From an uncultured Methanosarcinales archaeon (GTDB taxonomy: Archaea > Nanobdellota > Nanobdellia > Woesearchaeales > UBA583): a stretch of DNA of 58,414 nt. The position numbers and the translations under genes were made by a program. The stretch covers positions 1 through 58,414 of the forward strand of contig CAZLRR010000002.1 of NCBI GenBank assembly GCA_964562045.1, given 5' to 3'. The notes beneath the pieces are model-generated. The model searched no databases. It saw nothing but the letters and a program-made list of their open reading frames with translations, and was not told the DNA's origin. This document shows, piece after piece, positions 1-9,698 of this stretch (positions within the stretch are counted from its first letter, which is position 1; every line of letters begins with the position of its first letter).

Positions 1-245
1 TTGGTGCCAAGAATCTCTGATTTTTGAGCACAAATCCCAGTCCTGACGTTTATTTTAAATATATTCTATAACTAAGGATTTGAACTTTAGTTCCTTTGGT
101 GCCAAGAATCTCTGATTTTTGAGCACAAATCCCAGTCCTGACGTTTATTTTAAATATATTCTATAACTAAGGATTTGAACTTTAGTTCCTTTGGTGCCAA
201 GAATCTCTGATTTTTGAGCACAAATCCCAGTCCTGACGTTTATTT
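1..245. repeat. Tandem direct repeat with a 95-bp unit: two full copies (1-95, 96-190) and a 55-bp partial copy (191-245). It may continue upstream of the window.
   Basis: The copies are base-for-base identical on inspection (the unit begins ttggtgccaagaatctctga). Identity ends at 246. Confidence 0.95.
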
Positions 246-373
246 AAGGTGTTTTTTGTACTTCCAAAAAAATTGCTTTGATTTTTGGTTATGTTTTTTA
301 TATGTAATTTTTTAATATTTACTTCTATATTATAATTATAAATATTTAATAAGGCAAGATTTGAATTTATTTT

Positions 374-1843
374 ATGAAGTATAAAAATAACTCTAAAAAA
401 GGATTGAGTTTTTCTCTAGAAACACTTTTAGGAGTTGTTTTATCAGTTATAGTTTTGTTTTTTATGTTACAAGCTTTTGGTAGTGTATTTTTAGCTAATA
501 ACACAAATCTTGATATCGCTAAAGCAAATGCAAATTCTATTAAAGAATTTGTAGAATATAGTTCAAGTGGAGAATATTCTACTTTAACTAATTGTTTTAA
601 TATGCTTAAATTACATCATTTAGAAAATTATCAACATGAGGATGATGATGGAGAGAATTATTTTTATGTTATTGATTCTAAAGGAGTTAATATTATAAAT
701 ACAGATAGATATGATAAGTTTTCAAAAAATCTTAATTTAAAAGGAATTGTTAAAAAAAGATATGAATTTGATGATGATTTATTTCCAAATGGTCTTAAGT
801 TAAAATTTGATGAGACTGAAAGTGCTTCTTTTTTGCCGTGGAGTAGTTCTGATACAAAGCTTCAATTGGAAAAAGATGCAAAATATATTATTTTAATTCC
901 AACTTTTTCTAATCAGAATAATTATGACATATATATTTATTATTATGATGGTAGAAGTTTAGATGATGATGAAGTTGATGGAGAAAATTTAATTTTTAAT
1001 CAAGATGAAAAAATTTTGTTTGTTTCTTATGAGGATAGGGGAGATTTAATGGTTTCGAGGGAGTTATGTTCTTACAAATATTTAATTAAAAAAGATTATG
1101 ACAGTTATTTTCAAAAAAAACCAGAAGAAATTGATTATATTAATAATGAAGTTATATTTAAATTAAAATTGAAAGATAGTGGAGAATTTTATGATATTTA
1201 TTTTGGTTGGAAAAATGGACCAATGTGTTTTGAAAATCAATTTGGTATTGATTGTAAGGTATTGTTTGGAGAACATTACCAAAATTTAAATTATGATCAA
1301 TTTTTAGAAAAAGTGAAAGAATATATTGCAAATAATCCTAATTTAAATCAGGATTTGGAATTAGTTGAATTAAAAGATTTAAATTCTAATGAAGTTGATT
1401 TGTCAAATTTAGTTATAGATGATTTTTTAAGTGAAGATTTTACATATACGCAAAACCAAATGCAAAATTTAGCAAAAAAAGAAAATAATATTTATGATGT
1501 TGATGCAGATGATGTAAATGACGAATTTAATGGGTGTAGAAATGTTGATGAATGTTTTGATTTTTCTTTTAGAAATGGTAAAGTTTATTTTTTTTATGGT
1601 GAAAAATATAAAAGTTTTAAAGAATATTTTTTAAGAAAAGATGAAAACTTTCAAGGAGGAGTTACAAAAGTTTATTTTTTAGAACAAGAAATTGAAGTAA
1701 AAGAACTTGAAACTGACAAATATGGTTGGTTTAATGATGATGGTAAAGTAGTTTATTATTTAAAAATACCAGTTAATGGTTATTATTTGGATGTTTTGCT
1801 TTCAAAAAATCAATATGACAATATTCCGGGGGTTGAAAAATGA
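374..1843 (+). CDS. Secreted or surface protein with an archaeal class III (type IV pilin-like) signal peptide
   Basis: ATG start. The N-terminus is MKYKNNSKKG/LSFSLETLLGVVLSVIVLFF, i.e. a KG cleavage-type motif followed by a hydrophobic helix. Its stop overlaps the next ATG (ATGA). Confidence 0.5.
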   Translation: MKYKNNSKKGLSFSLETLLGVVLSVIVLFFMLQAFGSVFLANNTNLDIAKANANSIKEFVEYSSSGEYSTLTNCFNMLKLHHLENYQHEDDDGENYFYVIDSKGVNIINTDRYDKFSKNLNLKGIVKKRYEFDDDLFPNGLKLKFDETESASFLPWSSSDTKLQLEKDAKYIILIPTFSNQNNYDIYIYYYDGRSLDDDEVDGENLIFNQDEKILFVSYEDRGDLMVSRELCSYKYLIKKDYDSYFQKKPEEIDYINNEVIFKLKLKDSGEFYDIYFGWKNGPMCFENQFGIDCKVLFGEHYQNLNYDQFLEKVKEYIANNPNLNQDLELVELKDLNSNEVDLSNLVIDDFLSEDFTYTQNQMQNLAKKENNIYDVDADDVNDEFNGCRNVDECFDFSFRNGKVYFFYGEKYKSFKEYFLRKDENFQGGVTKVYFLEQEIEVKELETDKYGWFNDDGKVVYYLKIPVNGYYLDVLLSKNQYDNIPGVEK

Positions 1844-2943
1844 AATTTAATAATAAATCAAATATGCAGTATATGATTGGTGTTGTTATAGTTTCATTAA
1901 TAGGATTTTTTATTTTAATGGGTTTTTTCATAAATACAGGAAATGTTCTTGTAAGTAGTACTGATGATACTAATTGTAGAAGTTATATTGCAGCTAAAGA
2001 TAATTTAGCTGTTAAAATTGGTGAGATGTTTTCAAAGATAAATAGTAAGTGTAAAGTTGATAAGTTTGAAATTGATGAAAGTGAAAAAGATAAAGTTTTC
2101 AAAGAAATTGCTGAGTCAATGAGAAGATGTTGGTATAGATATGGTGAGGGAGAGTATGACTTTTTAGGTAATATGGATACTGAGGGAAATTGGTGTTTTG
2201 CATGTGCAACAATTAGTTTTAATAGCAAAAATAAAGAAATTTATTCTTATAATGATTTTGTAAATTGGACTTCAGAAAATAAATTTACGATGTCTAATGG
2301 TACTGAGATGTCTTATTTTGATTATCTTTCTTTAAAATATAGCGATGCTACTCATGAAAATGTGAGTCAGGTTAAAGATATAATAAATGAATTAATTAGT
2401 GAAGATGATAAGGAACTTGAACCGATTTTGTTACACATTTCTCAGCAGTATGAATATTTACAAGATTTAAGATTAAAGCAAATTAATACTAATGAAAAAA
2501 ATTTTGTGGTTTATAGATATGATAGATTGCCAAAAAGTACTACAGAATTGATTACTGATGTTGCTATTGGGGCTGGAACGGGACTTGCTGCATCTATTGC
2601 AACTGATATTGCGGTAACTCTTGCTTTATCTGCAATAACTGGACCTATTGGTGTTTTTAAAGGAATTGCTTCAGTTATATCTTGGTCATCAAAAGCAATA
2701 AAACTTAAGAGAATCGGGAAATTAATAGAGTTAGGAGCAAAAGGTATTGGGTTGTTAAATAAGATGATAAAGTATTCCGGTAAAGCATATAAAGCTATTA
2801 AAAAGCCTTTAAAGGCTGCCGCCATTGGAACTGGTGCATATATAGGTTCTGAATGGAACACAAATAATCTGCAATATGTAGATATTTTAACTCAGGAACA
2901 ATATTATAGACTTTGTGGTACAGAAAGACCAGATTTCAAGTGA
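1840..2943 (+). CDS. Membrane protein with an N-terminal TM helix, a Cys-containing middle region and a Gly/Ala-rich C-terminal hydrophobic segment. Function unknown.
   Basis: The 367-aa ORF is translationally coupled to the upstream ORF (ATGA overlap). TM-like segments are IGVVIVSLIGFFILMGFF and AIGAGTGLAASIATDIAVTLALSAITGPIGV. Confidence 0.6.
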   Translation: MKFNNKSNMQYMIGVVIVSLIGFFILMGFFINTGNVLVSSTDDTNCRSYIAAKDNLAVKIGEMFSKINSKCKVDKFEIDESEKDKVFKEIAESMRRCWYRYGEGEYDFLGNMDTEGNWCFACATISFNSKNKEIYSYNDFVNWTSENKFTMSNGTEMSYFDYLSLKYSDATHENVSQVKDIINELISEDDKELEPILLHISQQYEYLQDLRLKQINTNEKNFVVYRYDRLPKSTTELITDVAIGAGTGLAASIATDIAVTLALSAITGPIGVFKGIASVISWSSKAIKLKRIGKLIELGAKGIGLLNKMIKYSGKAYKAIKKPLKAAAIGTGAYIGSEWNTNNLQYVDILTQEQYYRLCGTERPDFK

Positions 2944-2995
2944 TTCTTTTTTTAGAGTCAAAAAGATTTATATAATCTTTATTTAAATTATTTTT

Positions 2996-3097
2996 ATGAG
3001 CAAGAAAAATTTATATTATTTAATTGCTGGAATTACGTTTGTAGTCTGGTTTGGAATTTTTGTTTTTCTTTACTTAGGTGCTAAAAATGGTTGGTAA
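2996..3097 (+). CDS. Possible 33-aa single-TM micropeptide (MSKKNLYYLIAGITFVVWFGIFVFLYLGAKNGW)
   Basis: The ATG lies about 25 nt downstream of a TATA-like agatttatataatc. The core is hydrophobic, and the ORF overlaps the adk start in another frame. Confidence 0.25.
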   Translation: MSKKNLYYLIAGITFVVWFGIFVFLYLGAKNGW

Positions 3098-3665
3098 TAA
3101 AATTGCAATAATTATGGTTGGGGCCCCTGGAAGTGGAAAAGGTACACAAGGAGAGCTTTTGGCAAAAAATACTGGTTTTAAAAAGTATGTTATGAGTGAT
3201 TTGATTAGAAAGGATATAAAACCTGGAAGTGAGTTATTTGATAAGATGAAGAAGGGGCTTCTTTTGACAAATGATGACGTTTTTAAGGTTTTTAGAGACC
3301 AGTTTAAAGGCGAAAAAAAGGTTATTATTGATGGAATTCCTAGGACTTTGGATCAAGCTTATTGGTTATATGGTTATTTGGTGGAGAATGGTTATACAAT
3401 AGAAGTTATTTATTTGAAGTGTGATGAAAAAAAACTTTTGAAAAGGATTTTGAAAAGAGCAGAGGAGCAAGGAAGAAGTGATGACAATAAAGAGATTTTT
3501 AAACATAGATTAGAAGAGTTTGATAGAGCAAGAGATGTTATTTTGGAGGTTTATTCTAAAGAAATAGTTCAAATAAATGGAGATAAAACAATTGAAGAAA
3601 TTTCAAGGAATATTTTAGATAAATTAAACAATAAATTGGATTTAAAATTTAAAGTTAAAAAATGA
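3087..3665 (+). CDS. adk: Adenylate kinase (short type)
   Basis: It has the P-loop GAPGSGKGTQ and the GIPRTLDQA motif. I placed the start at the first ATG (3087), not at the GTG at 3078 used by the ORF track. Confidence 0.85.
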   Translation: MVGNKIAIIMVGAPGSGKGTQGELLAKNTGFKKYVMSDLIRKDIKPGSELFDKMKKGLLLTNDDVFKVFRDQFKGEKKVIIDGIPRTLDQAYWLYGYLVENGYTIEVIYLKCDEKKLLKRILKRAEEQGRSDDNKEIFKHRLEEFDRARDVILEVYSKEIVQINGDKTIEEISRNILDKLNNKLDLKFKVKK

Positions 3666-3741
3666 AACTAAATTTATACATAGTAAAAATTTTGTTCAAA
3701 AATTATGGAATAATTTTTCCATTTTTTTGGGTGGTAAAAAA

Positions 3742-4503
3742 ATGAAATCTTTTGCTATAGCTTCAGGTTCGAGCGGGAATTGTTATTATGTTGAATCAAA
3801 AAATACTAAGGTTTTGGTTGATTGTGGAATTTCTTTTTCCAAAGCTAAAGATATTTTAGCAGATAAGAAAATTAATGTAGAAGAAATTAATGCTGTTTTT
3901 ATTACTCATGAGCACGGAGACCATATTTCAGGTCTTGGGGCTTTTTTGAAGAATTTAGATTGTCCATTTTATTTGTCTAAAGGTACTTTAGAGGGTTCTA
4001 AGTATTGTGATGAAAAGTTTAAAATTGTTAAAAATCATGATTTTGTAAAGATTGAGGATGTTAATGTTTTTGTGGTTGATAAGCCTCATGATGTAGATGA
4101 GGCAATTTCTTTTGTTTTTGAAGCTGAGGGTAAGAAAGTTGGAATTTTTTCAGATTTAGGATATGTTACAGATGAGATTAAACATATCTTAAAAGGTCTA
4201 GATGTTATTTATATCGAAGCTAATTATTGTCATGAGCATATAAAACTTAATGGAAAAGATTTGCATTATAATTATGTTTCACGTTTGACTTCAGATTCTG
4301 GACATTTGGGTGTTGATCAGACTATTGAGGTTTTAAAAGAGGTTGCAAATGAGAGACAGAAAATAATTTTATCTCATATTTCTGAAAATACTACAACGTA
4401 TGAAAATATTTATTCGAAAGTAAAAGAAGCTTTGAGTTTGGAGAATATTTTTCCTGAATTAGATATTTGTTTTCAGAGTGAGCCTAGCGAATGGGTAGAA
4501 TAA
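3742..4503 (+). CDS. Metallo-beta-lactamase fold hydrolase
   Basis: It has the HxHxDH motif (THEHGDHISG). I moved the start to the ATG at 3742 because the ORF-track start at 3727 is TTG. Confidence 0.75.
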   Translation: MKSFAIASGSSGNCYYVESKNTKVLVDCGISFSKAKDILADKKINVEEINAVFITHEHGDHISGLGAFLKNLDCPFYLSKGTLEGSKYCDEKFKIVKNHDFVKIEDVNVFVVDKPHDVDEAISFVFEAEGKKVGIFSDLGYVTDEIKHILKGLDVIYIEANYCHEHIKLNGKDLHYNYVSRLTSDSGHLGVDQTIEVLKEVANERQKIILSHISENTTTYENIYSKVKEALSLENIFPELDICFQSEPSEWVE

Positions 4504-4522
4504 AGATTGAATAATAATTTGA

Positions 4523-4828
4523 TTATTTCTTTTTATCGGAAGATTTTTTTGTTGATTTTTTTGCAGTTTTCTTGGAAATTTCAATTATTGCAGAATCATG
4601 TTCCATTAGTCTTTCATACATTTTTTGGATTTCTGCTGCCATTTCAAGCCTTAAGTTACTGATTTCCAGTGATAATTTTTCATTTAACATTTCTTGAAAT
4701 TCTTCAAGTGCTCTTTGGAAATCCACGCTTGCATCTTTTTGATTTTTTACGATATTTATTTTCGTAGTTAAAACATTCATATCTTTTTTAATTTTGGAAA
4801 ATGCGTTTTTTAGTCTTTTTTCATCCAT
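4523..4828 (-). CDS. Small coiled-coil protein with a Lys-rich tail, function unknown
   Basis: A 101-aa ORF with an ATG start and heptad-like charged sequence. Confidence 0.5.
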   Translation of the reverse strand: MDEKRLKNAFSKIKKDMNVLTTKINIVKNQKDASVDFQRALEEFQEMLNEKLSLEISNLRLEMAAEIQKMYERLMEHDSAIIEISKKTAKKSTKKSSDKKK

Positions 4829-4882
4829 ATTTAGAAATATATTTCAAAGTTTATAAATTTTTAGATTTTCATCACTTGAAAG

Positions 4883-5479
4883 TTAGGATTTGTTGAAAAG
4901 AAATAGCATTTCGTCTTGTGTTTCTTTAAGAAATCTTTCTATTTCTTCTATTTCTTCTTTAATTTTTTTAATGTGTGATTGAAGTATTTTTTCTTCGTGA
5001 TGATGGTTTTCAATTAATTGTTGGATATTTGAGAGTTTTATTCTTTTTATTGTTTCAAGTTTTGATGTATCTGCTTTAAGGTTTTTTAGTGTTTTTTGTA
5101 TTAAATTAATTTCGGAAATAATTTGATTTTCTTCACTAGTTAGGATTTGGTGAATTTGTATAAGATTTTGAATATCTGTTTTCCATAAATTTATGGCTCC
5201 AATAATTGTAAGAATATATTGTTTATGTCTAAATGGTTGTTTTTGTTCTAAAAAGTTTGCAAATATTTCTTGTTCTGAATCCGCAACTAATCCAAATTGT
5301 GTTGATTCCATAATCATTGCATGTCCTGTTATATGTCCATTTTCATCCATTCTTGGACCTATACAACCATTTGTTTGGTGTTGAGTAAAAATTCCTGAAT
5401 TTGAATAAATTAGTTTATTCCAATTTTTTAGATAGGATTCAAATTCAATAATTTTTTCTTCTGTTATGGTTTGTGTCAT
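4883..5479 (-). CDS. Hypothetical protein: a globular N-terminal domain plus a C-terminal coiled coil
   Basis: A 198-aa ORF with an ATG start. I recognised no family motif. Confidence 0.55.
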   Translation of the reverse strand: MTQTITEEKIIEFESYLKNWNKLIYSNSGIFTQHQTNGCIGPRMDENGHITGHAMIMESTQFGLVADSEQEIFANFLEQKQPFRHKQYILTIIGAINLWKTDIQNLIQIHQILTSEENQIISEINLIQKTLKNLKADTSKLETIKRIKLSNIQQLIENHHHEEKILQSHIKKIKEEIEEIERFLKETQDEMLFLFNKS

Positions 5480-5531
5480 AACATCTAAATCATTAGTAAG
5501 CTTTATATAATTTGTGATGTAATATTATATT

Positions 5532-6029
5532 ATGATAATTGCAGTTTCTGGTAGTGTTGGAAGTGGAAAAACAACTTTTGCAAAGGAATTGGGTAGAAAA
5601 CTTGACTTTGAGGTAATTCATTTAAATGAATGGGCTGAAAAATTTAAAATAGAAGACATAGATGAACTGCAAACTTTTGATTTTGATTTGAATAGGCTGT
5701 TAGATAAACTGGAAAGTTTTTTAAGAGATAATGAAGATAAGAATTTTATTATTGAGTCTCATTTCGCGCATTTTATTTATTCGGATTTAGCCGATGTTTT
5801 AATAATACTTACTAGAGATTTGAAAGATTTAAAGAAAGTATATGAAGAGAGAGGCTATAATGAAAAGAAAATTTCTGACAATTTAGAAGTTGAGAGTTTT
5901 AATTTGTGTTTTTATGAAGCTCAGGAAGAAGGATATGAACCAGAACAAATTATTCTTTTGGAAAATAAAGGAAGCTTGAACGATTTAGTGGAAAAAGCAG
6001 TTAAAAAAATAAAGAGTTTGGAGATTTAA
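5532..6029 (+). CDS. Fap7/AK6-like P-loop nucleoside monophosphate kinase
   Basis: The P-loop is GSVGSGKTT. The 165-aa size and the ERGY..KI.DN.E.E pattern are typical of archaeal AK6-like kinases. Confidence 0.55.
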   Translation: MIIAVSGSVGSGKTTFAKELGRKLDFEVIHLNEWAEKFKIEDIDELQTFDFDLNRLLDKLESFLRDNEDKNFIIESHFAHFIYSDLADVLIILTRDLKDLKKVYEERGYNEKKISDNLEVESFNLCFYEAQEEGYEPEQIILLENKGSLNDLVEKAVKKIKSLEI

Positions 6030-6910
6030 ATTCTTAATTCTTTTTTTATTGCAGAAACTAATTCTGGACTAATGTCTATTATGTTTGTTTCATGCTCTAT
6101 TGTGTTTACAGTTAGGATTTTATCGAAATGTTTGTGCATTTTTTTAAGTCCGTTTTCTACAAAAAGTCCATGAACTCCAATTGCTGTAACAGTTTTTGCA
6201 CCAAGTTTTCTTGCTTTTTGTGCTGCTTTTATCATTGTGTTTCCGGTTGAGATTATATCATCAACAATTATGACGTTTTTTCCTTTCATATCTATTTTAT
6301 CTTTGATTTTTACATCTACACTTCTAAATGAGTGTCTGTCTTTTTCTAAAACTGTTTTTTTAACTCCAACTTCTTGCGCAATATCATCAGCCCATTGATA
6401 ACTTTCCCAATCGGGACCAACTATTATTTCGTTTTTGAATTTTTTTTTTATGTAATCTGCAATTACATGATTTGCGGTGTAGTTTTTTGCTTTTATTGTA
6501 AATATGTCTGAGAGTTTTGGAATTCTGTGAAGGTGAGGATCTATTGTTATAAGTTGATCTATGGAGTTATTTAAGAGTTCTGCCATAATTGGGGCGGAAA
6601 CACATTCTCCGGGGTTAAATCTTTTATCTTGTCGCATAAAAGCAAGATATGGAGCTATAAGAATTACTTTTTTTGCGCCTAAATCTTTAGCAGTTTTTGC
6701 CGCAAATATTATTCTCATAAGAGTTTCATTTGAGTTTGGTTGCATTGATTCTACAATGATTAGTTTTTTTTCTGTTAAGTCTTTTTTATATTTTAAGTAA
6801 ATGTCTCCATCTGGAAAAGTTATGCTTTCAGTTTCCATGTATGGAATTTTCATTTCTTTGGATATTTTTTTTGCGAGCTTTTCACTATTTTTTAGCGTTG
6901 TAATTATCAT
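6026..6910 (-). CDS. prs: Ribose-phosphate pyrophosphokinase (PRPP synthetase)
   Basis: It has the PRPP-binding loop VIIVDDIISTGNT, and the 294-aa layout is typical of Prs. Confidence 0.9.
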   Translation of the reverse strand: MIITTLKNSEKLAKKISKEMKIPYMETESITFPDGDIYLKYKKDLTEKKLIIVESMQPNSNETLMRIIFAAKTAKDLGAKKVILIAPYLAFMRQDKRFNPGECVSAPIMAELLNNSIDQLITIDPHLHRIPKLSDIFTIKAKNYTANHVIADYIKKKFKNEIIVGPDWESYQWADDIAQEVGVKKTVLEKDRHSFRSVDVKIKDKIDMKGKNVIIVDDIISTGNTMIKAAQKARKLGAKTVTAIGVHGLFVENGLKKMHKHFDKILTVNTIEHETNIIDISPELVSAIKKELRI

Positions 6911-7012
6911 AAAAATATTTTCTATTTAGAGTTTATAAAGATTTATTAGAACTTAAGTGATAAAATTCAGTTCTATTGATTATTTAATTGATAGGGAATT
7001 AAATTATAGAAT

Positions 7013-7237
7013 TTACATCCCCAGAAATTTCATAGCTTCAAATACTAGAAATGCTGGCCAAACTAGAGCTTTTAAAACTCCCCAAACTCCAGACCAAAAT
7101 CCAGTAGATGTTGAAATATAGTAAATTGCAGCACCAATAAATCCTAGGCAATATATTCCTCCCATGGTACATCTTGTTCCAATATTTGAACAAGCTTTTT
7201 CACACGAATCCTTTTTTTCCTTTTTCTTTTCAGGCAT
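7013..7237 (-). CDS. Small membrane protein (two TM helices)
   Basis: A 74-aa ORF with a Lys-rich N-terminus followed by the hydrophobic segments GGIYCLGFIGAAIYYI and VLKALVWPAFLVF. Confidence 0.5.
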   Translation of the reverse strand: MPEKKKEKKDSCEKACSNIGTRCTMGGIYCLGFIGAAIYYISTSTGFWSGVWGVLKALVWPAFLVFEAMKFLGM

Positions 7238-7324
7238 TGTGATAATATCTAATTTTTCGAATTTAAATAGTTTAGTAACTATTCTGTGAGTTAAATTTAT
7301 AAACAGTAATTTTTAGATTTCTAT

Positions 7325-7780
7325 ATGGAAAAACAATTAGAAAAACTCCACAATTTTTTAGAAAATAGGCATCAAAATTATATTTCTATGGTAGCTATTG
7401 GTTCAATTGCTGTAGGTGACAAATGGATTGAAAACAGAAGTGATAACGACATATTATTAATATTTGAAGAAATTCCAAATTCTCTAACTAATGAATTAGA
7501 ATCATATCTTAAAACTTCAAGTTTTGATGAAACATTCTTCTTCACGCCAATAACAAAAGAAATTTTTCAAAATTCTAATAACTCAAGTCATGATTTTTCA
7601 AATAAATTCAGAAGTAAAACTTTATTTGGAATTGATTTAATTGAAAATGTGAAATTACCAACAAAAGAACAATCTCAAGTTATGTCTGAAAAAGGAATAA
7701 GTGCAATAGTTAGAAGAATTAAGTCTCGAATAGCAAACTCTCCAATTTGGGAAGAAGAAAGAGTTAAAAAAGAATTTTGA
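7325..7780 (+). CDS. Nucleotidyltransferase (minimal NTase/MNT-like) domain protein, terminated by a TGA that is followed by in-frame coding sequence
   Basis: It has the GS-x10-D-x-D-like motif (AIGSIAVGDKWIENRSDNDILLIF). See the finding on the in-frame stop. Confidence 0.6.
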   Translation: MEKQLEKLHNFLENRHQNYISMVAIGSIAVGDKWIENRSDNDILLIFEEIPNSLTNELESYLKTSSFDETFFFTPITKEIFQNSNNSSHDFSNKFRSKTLFGIDLIENVKLPTKEQSQVMSEKGISAIVRRIKSRIANSPIWEEERVKKEF

Positions 7781-7801
7781 AAATTATTTAAACACACATT
7801 T

Positions 7802-7993
7802 ATGTATTTAGCAATAAAACATTATGTGAAAACTCAAAACTATCCTAAAACAAGATTAGAAGTAGTAGAAACTAACAATTCAGATATTTTGAGTGAAGTT
7901 TTAAATACTTTAAATGAGATTAATGAAAAATCAAAAGAAGAAATAATAATTGTTGGAAAAAGATTGTTGGAATATTTACAAATTATTGAGTAA
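7802..7993 (+). CDS. 63-aa ORF in the same frame as the upstream NTase ORF. It is either the C-terminal part of a disrupted gene or a separate small gene.
   Basis: The frame is identical to 7325..7780. The two ORFs are separated only by TGA plus 7 sense codons. Confidence 0.4.
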   Translation: MYLAIKHYVKTQNYPKTRLEVVETNNSDILSEVLNTLNEINEKSKEEIIIVGKRLLEYLQIIE

Positions 7994-9056
7994 ACTCCTT
8001 CAAACTTTTATTTGGAAACGTTTTAACTCCGTGTGCAATACTCTCATTTAAACCTTGAGATGAAATTTCAATAAAGTCTACTTTTCCTCTTATTGCTTCA
8101 ATATTTGCAGCTCCAACATAAGTCATGCCCGAAGCTAAACCTCCTAAGAATTTTTTTAAAATATTTTCAACACTTCCTTTGTATTCAACTAAAGTTTTAT
8201 CTCCTTCAACACTGATTACTTCTTTAGTTTTTTTACCATCTATTGTTTGTTTTTTAATTGCTGCATCATATGAAGCCATTCCACGATATAATTTATACTT
8301 TGTTCCGTTTTGTTCAATAATCTCTCCGGGGCATTCATCAGTTCCTGAAACTATTGAACCTACCATAATTGAATCTGCTCCTGCTCCAATTGCTTTTGTG
8401 AAATCTCCCGGAACTTTAATTCCGCCATCTGCGCAAAGAGGAATTCTCCCTTGGATATATTCGTAAACGTCCATTATTGCAGTAATTTGCGGAACTCCTG
8501 CCCCAGTCATAATTCTTGTTGTACACATTGAACCTGGACCAATACCAACCTTGATTCCATCTGCACCTTTATGATAGAAGTATTCTGCGGCTCCTTTTGT
8601 TGCAACATTTCCAACTAAAACATCAATATGCGGATAATTTCTTTTTATGAATTTTAGACAGTTCCCCATAGTTTTACAATGTCCATGAGCTACATCTAAA
8701 ACTATGATATTTACTCCTGCTTTATCTAGGATTTCAAGTCTTTGTTCATAATCTTTAATTCCTAAAGCAGCTGCAGCAATTAATTTATGTGATTTTACAT
8801 TTTTAATCATAGCAGCTTGTTGTTCTGGAGTGTTAAATCTATGAATTACTCCGAGACCACCGAGTTTTCCAACAGCAATTGCCATTTTATCTTCACAAAC
8901 TGTGTCCATGTTTGCGATAAGAATTGGGATATCAATTTCGTAATTTCTTGTAACTTTAGTTTTGAAATTAACGTCTTTTCGAGAACTTATTGTATTATAT
9001 TTGGGTATTATTAATACATCATCAAAAGAGTAGCCTTTACCAATAATCCTTGCCAT
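7983..9056 (-). CDS. IMP dehydrogenase / GMP reductase family protein (no CBS insert)
   Basis: The catalytic loop is [11 protein letters not shown]. The TIM-barrel motifs GGIKVPGD and [13 protein letters not shown] are present. Length is 357 aa. Confidence 0.8.
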   Translation of the reverse strand: MARIIGKGYSFDDVLIIPKYNTISSRKDVNFKTKVTRNYEIDIPILIANMDTVCEDKMAIAVGKLGGLGVIHRFNTPEQQAAMIKNVKSHKLIAAAALGIKDYEQRLEILDKAGVNIIVLDVAHGHCKTMGNCLKFIKRNYPHIDVLVGNVATKGAAEYFYHKGADGIKVGIGPGSMCTTRIMTGAGVPQITAIMDVYEYIQGRIPLCADGGIKVPGDFTKAIGAGADSIMVGSIVSGTDECPGEIIEQNGTKYKLYRGMASYDAAIKKQTIDGKKTKEVISVEGDKTLVEYKGSVENILKKFLGGLASGMTYVGAANIEAIRGKVDFIEISSQGLNESIAHGVKTFPNKSLKEFTQ

Positions 9057-9354
9057 CCTTTATATTTTTTGGTTTTGAGCTTTATATATTTTTGGTAGAG
9101 GTGAGATTATTTTTTTTATTTTTAAATTTGACAAATAGTTTTATAAATTCTAAACACCTCATATTTCTTATGGAGAAGAAAAACTTAGTAAAAACTAGTG
9201 ATTGTCGGCCTAGACAATAGTTTATACTATAAAATTTCTTCAATAAAGGGACTTCCCGTATAATTCTAAATTAAAACAAAGACAACAAAGACTAGTATTT
9301 ACTAGAAACAAATTATTATTCGTATTTGAAATCACTTCAATTTAAAAGAAATAA

Positions 9355-9440
9355 AACCTCCCTCCTCCTCCTAAAAGTTCAAGTAAACTTAAACTTTTAG
9401 CCACACACCGAGGGTTCTTTGATTAAATGAAGAGATTTCC
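9355..9440 (+). repeat. R1 repeat family, short fragment: pyrimidine box, short hairpin, and a CCACACACCGAGG tail
   Basis: The tail ccgagggttctttgattaaatgaagagatttc is nearly identical to 51999-52029. The box cctccctcctcc matches the R1 inter-module linker. Confidence 0.7.
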
Positions 9441-9698
9441 AATCTTTAAGACAAATGACACAAACAAACTATCGGCCTTGAAAGCCAATTAAGACAAGCT
9501 TTAGAAGATATAAAAGAAGAAAAAGGACTTGATTACAAACATAGAATTCAAGACATTCTATCAGTAGAATCGAGATTTTCAAAAGTGTTTTATAACTTAT
9601 TTGGACATTATTTTATATGTTATCAAGAGTTAGATGAACACTTTTTGGAGAAACAAAAGACTTATTAAATAAGATTAAAATATAATAACTAAGAACAA

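Noticed and set aside
60-100. A T-loop-like GTTCAAATCC on the minus strand of each tandem unit, which might indicate a tRNA 3' fragment or att site.
   Set aside because: I could not build an acceptor stem, a T-stem with 5 good pairs, or an anticodon arm around it. The similarity is limited to about 10 nt.
1-245. Whether the 95-bp periodic repeat could be a CRISPR array.
   Set aside because: The entire 95-bp unit is identical between copies, so there are no unique spacers. There are no cas genes nearby. It is a simple tandem duplication.
7778-7780. Whether TGA is reassigned as a sense codon (alternative genetic code).
   Set aside because: TGA terminates several well-defined genes here at their expected ends, for example 374..1843, 1840..2943, adk, the PP-loop gene and 21947..22570. 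Global recoding is therefore unlikely.
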